DNA of 64,000 nucleotides from Streptosporangiaceae bacterium (GTDB lineage Bacteria; Actinomycetota; Actinomycetes; Streptosporangiales; Streptosporangiaceae): NCBI GenBank assembly GCA_050013055.1, contig JBEKGC010000014.1, positions 195 to 64,194 of the forward strand, read 5' to 3'. Shown piece by piece: positions 56,143 to 64,000 of this stretch (position 1 is its first letter; each line of letters starts with the position of its first letter). The notes under the pieces were generated by a model. It saw only the letters and a program-made list of their open reading frames with translations, ran no database searches and was not told where the DNA came from. The position numbers and the translations under genes were made by a program.

Positions 56143-57213
56143 TCAGGCTTGCTTATGCGTGATGTTTCCTGGCGCTGCCTGAGGGCGGATTACCGGCGGC
56201 TCGTATCGCGTGACACGGGTCATGAGGTAGGACGCGACCGTCCCGGCGACCAGCGCGGCCGCCGCTATGGCCATCGTCTGCGCCGACATCGGGACGAGCC
56301 ACAGCGTGCTGGCGAAGTCCGCCGCGATGAGGCCGATAAGGATCAGCCGGATCACCTGACGTGACAGCTTCGAGCAGATCAGGGCGCCGAGCGGAGCGCC
56401 GACGACGACGATGGGCACGGCGGCCAGCCAGTATCTGGGCACCGGACCCGTGAAGTCACGCAGCAGGAGGATGTGGGTTCCGAAGCCGGTGATCGATACG
56501 ATCGTCATGAGGATGACCGTGGTTGGCGTGGCCACCTTCTCGGAGATCCGGAACAGCAAGACGATGATGATGAAGGCCACCATGTTCTCGCCGACTCCGA
56601 GCAATCCGCTGACGATGCCCCCGACGAAGCCGGTGGTCACGATGATGGCCTGCTCGCGGCCGGCGAGCAGGGTGAGCCGTTGATTGCGGCCGTCAGTTTT
56701 CCTGATCCACTGGACGATCAGGGCGAGCGCCAGGCAGGCCAGCATCACGGTAAAGAAGACCCTGATATCCCCCGTCCGCACCGACGGGGCGATCAGCGTC
56801 GCGCTGATGATGACCCCTATTACTCCGGCCGGCGCCGCGAGGCGCAGGAACCGTCGTTCAATCGGTACTCGCAAGTACAAGATGGTGAGGGAGGCCGCGG
56901 TCATTCCCACGCTCTGTATCGCATAGGTGAAGAGCCGGGCCTGTGGCGCCGGGATATGCAGCGCCTTGGTGAACACGGGAAAGGCGACCGCGCCGCCGCC
57001 TTCGCTGGTGCCGCCGCCGACAAGCGAGCCGAAAACCATGGTCACGGATATCCGCCAGTCGTGTACCAGGCTTGTGATCGCCAGCCCCCGGCCGAAACCC
57101 AGCCAGAGCAGCCAGACGGTCAGGGCCATGGCGACGTTCAGCTGGAGTACCGTGCGGTCAGGCCTGAGCGGCAGCTCTTTAACGGTGGCTTCGGGTGGCC
57201 GGAGCATGGTCAC
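56143..57213 (-). CDS. TauE/SafE (DUF81) family anion exporter/permease
   Basis: 356 aa with about 8-9 TM helices. The blocks are VFGSLVGGGTSEGGGAVAFPV and GFVGGIVSGLLGVGENM. It lies 57 nt upstream of the deiodinase-like gene on the same strand. Confidence 0.85.
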   Translation of the reverse strand: MTMLRPPEATVKELPLRPDRTVLQLNVAMALTVWLLWLGFGRGLAITSLVHDWRISVTMVFGSLVGGGTSEGGGAVAFPVFTKALHIPAPQARLFTYAIQSVGMTAASLTILYLRVPIERRFLRLAAPAGVIGVIISATLIAPSVRTGDIRVFFTVMLACLALALIVQWIRKTDGRNQRLTLLAGREQAIIVTTGFVGGIVSGLLGVGENMVAFIIIVLLFRISEKVATPTTVILMTIVSITGFGTHILLLRDFTGPVPRYWLAAVPIVVVGAPLGALICSKLSRQVIRLILIGLIAADFASTLWLVPMSAQTMAIAAAALVAGTVASYLMTRVTRYEPPVIRPQAAPGNITHKQA

Positions 57214-57414
57214 AGGGACTTCTCCTCGGACTCAGGAATGGGAAAAGCGCTGCCGCATCGCAGCAATATATTGCGGCTCTACTCCAGCTCACTCAGATGG
57301 CGCCGGCTTCTCCCGGGTTGCCCGGCCCAAGCAGGCACCAAGGACCGTTCGCAATATCTGAGAAGACACCTGTGTGGAGCGGGCAGTAGGTTTCGGCTCA
57401 GGAGAATATGCCAC

Positions 57415-57501
57415 ATGGACCCAAATTCGTTTAGCACCGCAGAACTAACAATACTACGAAGTGTTCTCTTTGAGGGGACAGAAGACGCGGCGTACCGCTA
57501 A
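57415..57501 (+). other. 28-codon ORF, a truncated paralogue of the N-terminus of the 49658-49876 protein
   Basis: MDPNSFSTAELTILRSVLFEGTEDAAYR-stop compares with [30 protein letters not shown]... The shared pattern is F-x3-ELT-x-L-x3-L-(Y/F)-EGTE-x1-2-AYR. GGAG lies 11 nt upstream. It sits 57 nt upstream of the GH65 gene. Confidence 0.3.
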
Positions 57502-57558
57502 TCGCAAGCAGGGATCAAGCTAGAGGCGAGGCGAGATGAGCTCGGCACAGGGTACGGG

Positions 57559-60069
57559 ATGATCAGGCAGCCCGCATACGGGGTGGAGCCCTGGCACGTC
57601 CGGGAAACCGGGCTTGACCTTGACGTGCTGGCGCAGAGCGAATCGGTCTTCGCCCTTTCCAACGGCCACATCGGGCTGCGCGGCAACCTCGACGAGGGTG
57701 AGCCACACGGATTGCCTGGCACGTATCTCAACTCCCTCTATGATCTCCGGCCGTTGTCGCACGCAGAGACCGGCTACGGGTACCCGGCGTCGGCGCAGAC
57801 GATCATCAACGTGACCAATGGCAAGCTCATCAGGCTGCTTGTCGACGACGAGCCTTTCGATGTCCGCTACGGCACCGTGCATTCGCATGAGCGGGTGCTT
57901 GACCTGCGGGCAGGTACCCTCTGCCGGGAAGTGGACTGGACTTCTCCGGCCGGCCGCCGGGTGCGCATCAGGTCCACGCGGCTGGTCTCGCTGACCCAGC
58001 GGGCGGTGGCGGCGATCTGCTACACGGTGGAGCCGGTCTCCCAGCCGCTACGCCTGGTCGTGCAGTCCGAACTCGTCGCCAACGAGGCCCTTCCCTGTGC
58101 GGGCGGCGACGACCCCCGGGCTGCCGCCGCCATCGAGACGCCACTCGCCAGTGAGGAGTACGTAGCGAGCCGGGATGAGCAGTACCGGGTGGTCCTGACC
58201 CACCGCACCCGGCACAGCGGCCTGCGGGTGACCTCCGGCATGGCGCACGACGTCGAATGCTCCGGCCTGATGAAGGTGTATACGGAGGCGTTTCCCGACG
58301 TAGGACGCTGCACCGTCGCCGCGCAGGTCCAGCCGGGCGGCTGCCTGCGGATCGTGAAGTACATAGGCTACGGCTGGTCCAGCCAGCGATCCCGCCCGGC
58401 CCTGCACGACCAGGTCGTCGGCGCCCTGGCGGTCGCGCGGCTCAGCGGCTGGGCCGGCCTGCTCGCCGAGCAGCGCCAGTACCTGGACGAGTTCTGGGCC
58501 GGCGCCGACGTCGACGTCGAAGGCGATGCCGAAATCCAGCAAGCCGTGCGGTTCGGCCTGTTTCACATCCTGCAGGCAGGAGCGCGAGCGGAAAGCCGCC
58601 CGATCGCGGCGAAGGGGCTGACCGGCCCGGGGTATGACGGGCATACCTTCTGGGACACGGAAACCTTCGTGCTGCCCGTGCTGACGTACACCCAGCCGGC
58701 CGCCGCGGCGGGCGTGCTGCGCTGGCGGCACATGGTCTTGCCCGAGGCCAGGCAGCGCGCGGCCGACCTCGGCCTGGCGGGCGCCGCCTACCCGTGGCGG
58801 ACCATCCGCGGCCAGGAGTGCTCGGGTTACTGGCCCGCAGGAACGGCCGCGTTCCACATCAACGCGGACATCGCCGACGCGGTGCTCCGGTACCTGGACG
58901 CGACCGGTGACACCGCGTTCGAGCGCGAGGCCGGCGTGGAGTTGCTGGTGGAAACGGCGCGGTTGTGGCGCAAGCTCGGGCACCACGATAGCAAGGGCAG
59001 GTTCCGCATCGACGGCGTCACCGGACCTGACGAATACAGCGCCGTGGTGGACAACAACGTGTATACCAACCTGATGGCCCAGCAGAACCTCTCCGCGGCC
59101 GCTGAGGCCTGCGTCCGGACCGAGGACATGGCCGCGCGGCTTGGCGTCACCGTAGCCGAGATTTCCGCATGGCTCGAGGCCGCCGCGACGATGACCATCC
59201 CGTTTGACGACACGTACGGTGTTCATCCGCAGCACGAGGGTTTCACCGATCACGAGGTGTGGGATTTCGCCGGCACGCCGCCGGAGAGGTACCCGCTGCT
59301 GCTCAGCTACCCCTACTTCGAGCTGTACCGCAAGCAGGTCGTCAAGCAGGCTGACCTGGTGCTGGCCATGCACCTGCGCGGAGACGCGTTCAGCGCCGAG
59401 CAGAAGGCGCGGAACTTCGCCTATTACGAGGCACTGACCGTCCGTGATTCCTCGTTGTCGGCCTGCACGCAGGCGGTGATGGCCGCCGAGACCGGGCATC
59501 TGCAGCTCGCGCACGACTACCTGGCCGAGGCCGCCCTGGCGGACCTGCAGGACCGGCACCGCAATACCCGGGACGGTCTGCACCTGGCCGCCCTGGCCGG
59601 CGCCTGGACGGCGGTGGTCGCGGGCTTCGGCGGCATGCGGGCGACGGGCGGCGACCTGTCCTTCAGCCCGCGGCTACCGTCCGGGATCACCCGGCTGACG
59701 TTCCGGATGCGCTACCGCGATCGCGTGCTCCGGCTCGCGATCACCCCGGACGAAGCGGAATACGAACTGCTGGCAGGCGAACCGCTGACGATCAAGCACC
59801 ACGGCGAGCAGGTCGTACTGGCCGGGAGGCCGCTGGTGCGAGGCATTCCGCCGACCCCGGTACTGCCGTGCCCCGGACAGCCAGAGGGCCGGGTTCCGCT
59901 CCCGCGCGCGGAGCGGGAGCCGGTCCAGGCCGAGCTGTCCTGGCGGGCCCGGGTGGAAGAAGCGGTCGCCGAGCGGACCGAATTTTCCCATTCCGTCCCC
60001 ATATCACTACATTTATCGAAGATCCACGCCTATTGTTGTCGCGGTGCCCCCAAATGTGAAGGGACCTAA
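57559..60069 (+). CDS. Glycoside hydrolase family 65 protein (disaccharide phosphorylase: kojibiose/trehalose/maltose phosphorylase-like)
   Basis: 836 aa. The blocks are EPWHVRETGLDLDVLAQSESVFALSNGHIGLRGNLDEGEP, GYDGHTFWDTE and VVKQADLVLAM. Confidence 0.9.
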   Translation: MIRQPAYGVEPWHVRETGLDLDVLAQSESVFALSNGHIGLRGNLDEGEPHGLPGTYLNSLYDLRPLSHAETGYGYPASAQTIINVTNGKLIRLLVDDEPFDVRYGTVHSHERVLDLRAGTLCREVDWTSPAGRRVRIRSTRLVSLTQRAVAAICYTVEPVSQPLRLVVQSELVANEALPCAGGDDPRAAAAIETPLASEEYVASRDEQYRVVLTHRTRHSGLRVTSGMAHDVECSGLMKVYTEAFPDVGRCTVAAQVQPGGCLRIVKYIGYGWSSQRSRPALHDQVVGALAVARLSGWAGLLAEQRQYLDEFWAGADVDVEGDAEIQQAVRFGLFHILQAGARAESRPIAAKGLTGPGYDGHTFWDTETFVLPVLTYTQPAAAAGVLRWRHMVLPEARQRAADLGLAGAAYPWRTIRGQECSGYWPAGTAAFHINADIADAVLRYLDATGDTAFEREAGVELLVETARLWRKLGHHDSKGRFRIDGVTGPDEYSAVVDNNVYTNLMAQQNLSAAAEACVRTEDMAARLGVTVAEISAWLEAAATMTIPFDDTYGVHPQHEGFTDHEVWDFAGTPPERYPLLLSYPYFELYRKQVVKQADLVLAMHLRGDAFSAEQKARNFAYYEALTVRDSSLSACTQAVMAAETGHLQLAHDYLAEAALADLQDRHRNTRDGLHLAALAGAWTAVVAGFGGMRATGGDLSFSPRLPSGITRLTFRMRYRDRVLRLAITPDEAEYELLAGEPLTIKHHGEQVVLAGRPLVRGIPPTPVLPCPGQPEGRVPLPRAEREPVQAELSWRARVEEAVAERTEFSHSVPISLHLSKIHAYCCRGAPKCEGT

Positions 60070-60070
60070 T

Positions 60071-61717
60071 GTGTCCGAGAGCACAAAAGGCCGCGATACG
60101 CGATGGAAACGATTCGAACATCCGGTGATTTTCTGGCTGGGAGCTGCGGCTTGCACTATCGGTGTAGTGTTGCATCTGCCGATGTACTACAGCGCTCGCA
60201 CGATGGGCTACCGCATGGTCGGGATGCGCCCGGATGCCGCGATGATTATTGGCATGACACTTATCGGGTTTGGCCTGGTCACGACGCTTTATGCGCTGAT
60301 GCCGAAGGGAGCGGACCGGATCAGGAAGGATGCGGCCGCCGTCCGGGTCAGGGCCCTTGACGATGCCCGGATACGGCCGCAGCACGTGGCCATGCTGCTC
60401 GTCGTGTCGATCGCGATTGTCATTGACGTCATGAAGCCGGCCGCGCTTTCATTCGTGGCGCCCGGCATGACCAAGGAATACGGGCTCAAGGCCGTGACCA
60501 ACCCGCACGGGCACCTTCCGGTGGCCCTGCTGCCGCTGTGCGGTATCGCCGGGACCGTCATCGGGTCCTGGCTGTGGGGATGGCTGGCCGACCGCATCGG
60601 ACGGCGGTCATCGATTCTCTACGCCGGAATTCTGTTCGTGAGCACATCGATCTGCGGCGCGATGCCGGGATTCAGCTGGAACTTGCTCATGTGCTTTTTC
60701 ATGGGCATCGGAGCGGGCGGACTGCTGCCCATCACGTTCGCCCTGCTGGCCGAGACGATCCCGGCCCGGCACAGAAGCTGGCTGATGGTGCTGATCGGCG
60801 GCGGCGTGGCGGGCGCCGGTTACGTCATGACGAGCTGGCTGGCCGGGGCGCTGACACCGCACTACAGCTGGCGGATACTCTGGCTGATCGGCCTGCCGAC
60901 CGGCGTGCTGCTGATCGCGCTGAACTACTGGATACCCGAGTCGCCCCGCTTTCTGCTCGCCGTCGGGCGCCGCGACGAAGCTGAGGCCATCATGCGTCAT
61001 TTCGGCGCCGAGGTAGTGCCGGGCGACGCGGACACGACCGCGCCTGAGGGCCAGGCAAAACGCGGTTACCTTCAGCTATTCGCCGCGCCACTCGCCGGGC
61101 CGAGCGTGGCGATCGGCGTTCTCGCCATCGGCGTCGGGCTCATCACCTACGGCTTCCAATTGTGGATCCCGACGAACCTGGTGCACCTCGGATTCACCAC
61201 CGTCAACTCTGACTACATCGTCCGCAATGCGGCTCTCATCGGCCTGCCCATCTCACTGGGCATCACGGCACTTTACGGCTTCTGGAGCAGCAAGAAAACC
61301 ATTATATTGTTTTCGGCCGTGCTCGCGATCGCGCTCTTTGGATTCGTCATCGAGGGAAACTCCGTCGCGCATAATCATGGGTTGCTGACGGCTCTGCTCG
61401 TCATCCCGCTGTCCGGGACCAGCCTGGTCGCGGCGATAGTTACCGTGTACGCCGCCGAGATCTACCCGACCGGTATCCGCTCCCATGGCACCGGGTTCGC
61501 CGCGGGCGCCACCAAGGCGGGCGGCCTGCTGATCATTGCGCTGGTCGTGCTGGCCACCACCACGCCTTCGATCGCCCAGACCGCCCTTATCGGCTGCATT
61601 CCGATCGTGGCGGGCATCGCGATCTTCGGCTGGGCCGGTTTCGAGACGAACCACCGGAGGCTGGAGGAAATAACGCACGCCGAAGAACTTGCCCTCGCGG
61701 GGAGCCAAGCCGAATAG
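60071..61717 (+). CDS. MFS transporter
   Basis: The start is set to GTG 60071, 1 nt after the GH65 stop, with GAAGGGA upstream. It has 12 or more TM helices and the LADRIGRRSS motif (MFS motif A). Confidence 0.85.
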   Translation: MSESTKGRDTRWKRFEHPVIFWLGAAACTIGVVLHLPMYYSARTMGYRMVGMRPDAAMIIGMTLIGFGLVTTLYALMPKGADRIRKDAAAVRVRALDDARIRPQHVAMLLVVSIAIVIDVMKPAALSFVAPGMTKEYGLKAVTNPHGHLPVALLPLCGIAGTVIGSWLWGWLADRIGRRSSILYAGILFVSTSICGAMPGFSWNLLMCFFMGIGAGGLLPITFALLAETIPARHRSWLMVLIGGGVAGAGYVMTSWLAGALTPHYSWRILWLIGLPTGVLLIALNYWIPESPRFLLAVGRRDEAEAIMRHFGAEVVPGDADTTAPEGQAKRGYLQLFAAPLAGPSVAIGVLAIGVGLITYGFQLWIPTNLVHLGFTTVNSDYIVRNAALIGLPISLGITALYGFWSSKKTIILFSAVLAIALFGFVIEGNSVAHNHGLLTALLVIPLSGTSLVAAIVTVYAAEIYPTGIRSHGTGFAAGATKAGGLLIIALVVLATTTPSIAQTALIGCIPIVAGIAIFGWAGFETNHRRLEEITHAEELALAGSQAE

Positions 61718-61995
61718 CCTAAGCCGCGGCGCAGGGTCCACTGATCGGTGGCGGCGTCCCGGCGCAGCTCGTAGACCCCGGCCGTCAGGCCCGGTCCGCC
61801 GCCCGCCTCGACCCGCCAGAACTCGAGTTCGGGTTGCCCTCGCTCGGCCTGGGGATCGCGCCACCACTCCCGGTTGACGACCCAGTGCTCAAAGATCGCG
61901 CGCACGGTGAAGATCCGGCTGTGCCAGACGAACCTGGCGGGCCTGCCGTCGTCCCTGGCCTGAACATGAACCGGCTCGCCGTACACCCTGTCCAT
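61462..61995 (-). CDS. DUF6504-like protein with an unusual C-terminal extension
   Basis: From ATG 61995 the sequence is MDRVYGEPVHVQARDDGRPARFVWHSRIFTVRAIFEHWVVNREWWRDPQAERGQPELEFWRVEAGGGPGLTAGVYELRRDAATDQWTLRR. This matches the DUF6504 pattern over about 92 aa. The frame then stays open for about 85 more codons, antisense to the 3' end of the MFS gene. Confidence 0.5.
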   Translation of the reverse strand: MDRVYGEPVHVQARDDGRPARFVWHSRIFTVRAIFEHWVVNREWWRDPQAERGQPELEFWRVEAGGGPGLTAGVYELRRDAATDQWTLRRGLGYSAWLPARASSSACVISSSLRWFVSKPAQPKIAMPATIGMQPIRAVWAIEGVVVASTTSAMISRPPALVAPAANPVPWERIPVG

Positions 61996-62106
61996 AACGC
62001 CCGCCCCCTGTCGCTGCATGAGGTGCTGCTCCGCTGTGCGCACCGCTGCCGCCCGGGGAAGACGGGCAGTACTACCCGCGATCGGCACCAACTCTGACCT
62101 GGTGCC

Positions 62107-62132
62107 TGTTCGAATATAAGTTCCTTCGAACA
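62107..62132. promoter_or_regulatory. Inverted repeat containing a near-consensus actinobacterial LexA (SOS) box
   Basis: The sequence is TGTTCGAA-TATAAGTTCC-TTCGAACA. The embedded TCGAAT-ATAA-GTTCCT compares with the SOS-box consensus TCGAAC-N4-GTTCGA, with one core mismatch. It lies in an AT-rich divergent region between the DUF6504-like and DUF4262 genes. Confidence 0.3.
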
Positions 62133-62230
62133 AAAATGCAAATAAAGTTTGCCAGCTGACCTGGGATGGGCGGAAATGTCAGTGCCCGCGGGCATAGTGG
62201 GATCATTCCGGCCGTCCCGAGGAGGCAACT

Positions 62231-62722
62231 ATGTGCTGGATGTGCGATCGTCCGGGCGCTACCGAGCGCGACTATCTTGCCCACATGCGGCAGCTGGTCC
62301 GCACCTACGGCTGGGCCGTGCAGGGGGTCGAGCGTGAGGGCATCCACCCGCCCTGGGCCTACACCGTGGGGCTCACCGCGCACCGCAGGCCCGAGCTCGT
62401 CATCACCGGCATGGGCCTGACCCGGGCCACCGGGGTGCTCAACGCCGTGGCCGGGCACCTGCTGCACGCGGACGTGCCCCCGCCGGGCACCCAGGTCGCC
62501 CTGACCGACGGCCCGCTCGTCGAGATCGTCACGGTCGAGGCGCCGTGGGCGCACCTGAATGTGGCCGTCGAGATCTACGGCCGGCGCCTCCAGAGCCTGC
62601 AGCTTGTGCACGCCGACAAGCACGGGCGCTGGCCCTGGGACCGCGAGTACCAGGGGGTGCGCGGCGGGCAGCCGGTGCTGGGCAGCAGGGAGCCGCCCGC
62701 CCGCCGCATCCGGGTCGGGTAA
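62231..62722 (+). CDS. DUF4262 family protein
   Basis: 163 aa with a strong GAGGAGG RBS. The N-terminus MCWMCDRPGATERDYLAHMRQLVRTYGWAVQGV...PWAYTVGLT...PELVITG is the family pattern. Confidence 0.8.
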   Translation: MCWMCDRPGATERDYLAHMRQLVRTYGWAVQGVEREGIHPPWAYTVGLTAHRRPELVITGMGLTRATGVLNAVAGHLLHADVPPPGTQVALTDGPLVEIVTVEAPWAHLNVAVEIYGRRLQSLQLVHADKHGRWPWDREYQGVRGGQPVLGSREPPARRIRVG

Positions 62723-62777
62723 CCCCGCGCCAGGGCCCAGGCGGGCGGCCCTGGCCTGGTTACGCGTCCCGCGAGTC

Positions 62778-64000
62778 TCAGGGGTCTCTGGGGTCCCGGC
62801 CGTCCCAGCCGGGCACGGGGAAGGAGGACAGCAGGTCGCGGACCTCCGCCGCGATGCGCCCGAGCGCCGCCTCGTCGTCCTTGATCGCGGCGGTGATGGC
62901 CTCGTCCATCCAGGCCGCGATCGGCTCCATGTGCTCCTCGCGCAGGCCGCGGGTGGTGATCGCGGGCGTGCCGATACGCAGGCCCGAAGGGTCAAACGGC
63001 TTGCGCTGGTCGAACGGCACCGTGTTGTAGTTCGTTTCGATGCCCGCCCGGTCCAGCGCCTTGGCGGCCGGCTTGCCGCCGATGCCCTTGGGGGTCAGGT
63101 CCGCCAGGATCAGGTGGTTGTCCGTCCCGCCGGAGACCAGGTCATAACCGCGGGCCAGCAGGGCCGCCGCCAGCGCCTGGGAGTTCTTGACCACCTGGTG
63201 GGCGTAGTCGCGGAACCCGGGCTGGGCGGCCTCGTGCAGCGCCACCGCGATCGCGGCCGTGGTGTGATTATGCGGGCCGCCCTGCAGGCCGGGGAACACG
63301 GCCTTGTCCACGGCGGAGGCGTGCTCGGCGTCGGACATGATCATGGCGCCGCGCGGGCCCCGGAGCGTCTTGTGCGTCGTCGTGGTGATTACGGCGGCGT
63401 GCCCGGCGGGCGAGGGATGCGCGCCGCCCGCGATCAGCCCGGAGATGTGCGCCACGTCGGCCACGAGCAGCGCCCCCGCCTCGGCCGCGATCGCGGCGAA
63501 GGCCGGGAAGTCGATGGTCCGCGGGATCGCGGTGCCGCCGCAGAAGATGATCTTGGGGCGTTCCTTGAGCGCTAGGTCGCGGACCTCGTCCAGGTCGACC
63601 CGGCCGGTGTCATGCCGGACCCCGTACTGCACGGGCCGGAACCACTTGCCGGTCGCCGAGACCGGCCAGCCGTGGGTGAGGTGGCCGCCCATCGGCAGCG
63701 CCATGCCCATGATCGTGTCCCCGGGCTGGGCGAACGCCAGGTAGACGGCGAGGTTGGCGGGCGAGCCCGAGTAGGGCTGCACGTTGGCGTGGTCGACGCC
63801 GAACAGCGCCTTGGCCCGGTCCCTGGCCAGGTTCTCGACCGGGTCGACGAACTGCTGGCCCTCGTAGTACCGGCGTCCCGGGTAGCCCTCGGAGTACTTG
63901 TTGGTCAGGACGCTGCCCGATGCCTCGAGCACGGCCAGCGACACGTAGTTCTCCGACGGGATCAGCCGGGCCTTCTCATACTGCCTGCGGGCTTCGTCGT
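62778..64000 (-). CDS. glyA: Serine hydroxymethyltransferase (partial, N-terminus beyond the right edge)
   Basis: The blocks are ...LIPSENYVSLAVLEASGSVLTNKYSEGYPGRRYYEG..., the PLP-lysine block TTTTHKTLRGPRG, and ...GLRIGTPAITTRG. The ORF is open to the window end. Confidence 0.95.
   Translation of the reverse strand, partial: DEARRQYEKARLIPSENYVSLAVLEASGSVLTNKYSEGYPGRRYYEGQQFVDPVENLARDRAKALFGVDHANVQPYSGSPANLAVYLAFAQPGDTIMGMALPMGGHLTHGWPVSATGKWFRPVQYGVRHDTGRVDLDEVRDLALKERPKIIFCGGTAIPRTIDFPAFAAIAAEAGALLVADVAHISGLIAGGAHPSPAGHAAVITTTTHKTLRGPRGAMIMSDAEHASAVDKAVFPGLQGGPHNHTTAAIAVALHEAAQPGFRDYAHQVVKNSQALAAALLARGYDLVSGGTDNHLILADLTPKGIGGKPAAKALDRAGIETNYNTVPFDQRKPFDPSGLRIGTPAITTRGLREEHMEPIAAWMDEAITAAIKDDEAALGRIAAEVRDLLSSFPVPGWDGRDPRDP

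Noticed and set aside
58048-59583. 511-aa minus-strand ORF
   Set aside because: It is antisense to the GH65 phosphorylase gene and has a shadow-frame composition.

Overview
This is a high-GC (by eye about 70%), densely coding actinomycete-type chromosomal segment with roughly 55 protein genes. I saw no rRNA, tRNA or CRISPR array. Five things stand out. (1) An enediyne-type polyketide warhead gene set is present but physically split. unbV-unbU-unbL lie at 3.6-7.8 kb, and the iterative PKSE with its hot-dog thioesterase, a flavin reductase and an AhpD-like protein lie at 41.4-49.5 kb. Between them are two further intact unbL (DUF1702) paralogues and two decayed copies at 15.8-19.5 kb. (2) Two adjacent same-frame ORFs at 55.3-56.1 kb appear to be one iodothyronine-deiodinase-like thioredoxin-fold gene. 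It is interrupted only by a TGA at the canonical Sec position, and a hairpin follows whose GGUC loop sits at the same distance from the UGA as in the E. coli fdhF SECIS. This is a candidate selenoprotein. (3) A translationally coupled operon lies directly upstream of the PKSE locus: acyl-CoA dehydrogenase-like, MoaD/ThiS-like (C-terminal GG), double hot-dog-like, methyltransferase and APC permease. (4) A 146-aa protein is built almost entirely of NQ-containing heptads arranged in a 24-residue super-repeat. (5) accA (no carboxyltransferase partner), phosphoketolase and phosphotransacetylase sit next to the PKS. The remaining genes are redox enzymes (SDR, GMC, LLM, P450, CMD/AhpD family), three MFS transporters, an IS3-type transposase remnant and housekeeping glyA at the right edge. 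All family assignments come from motif recognition by eye; no database search was run.
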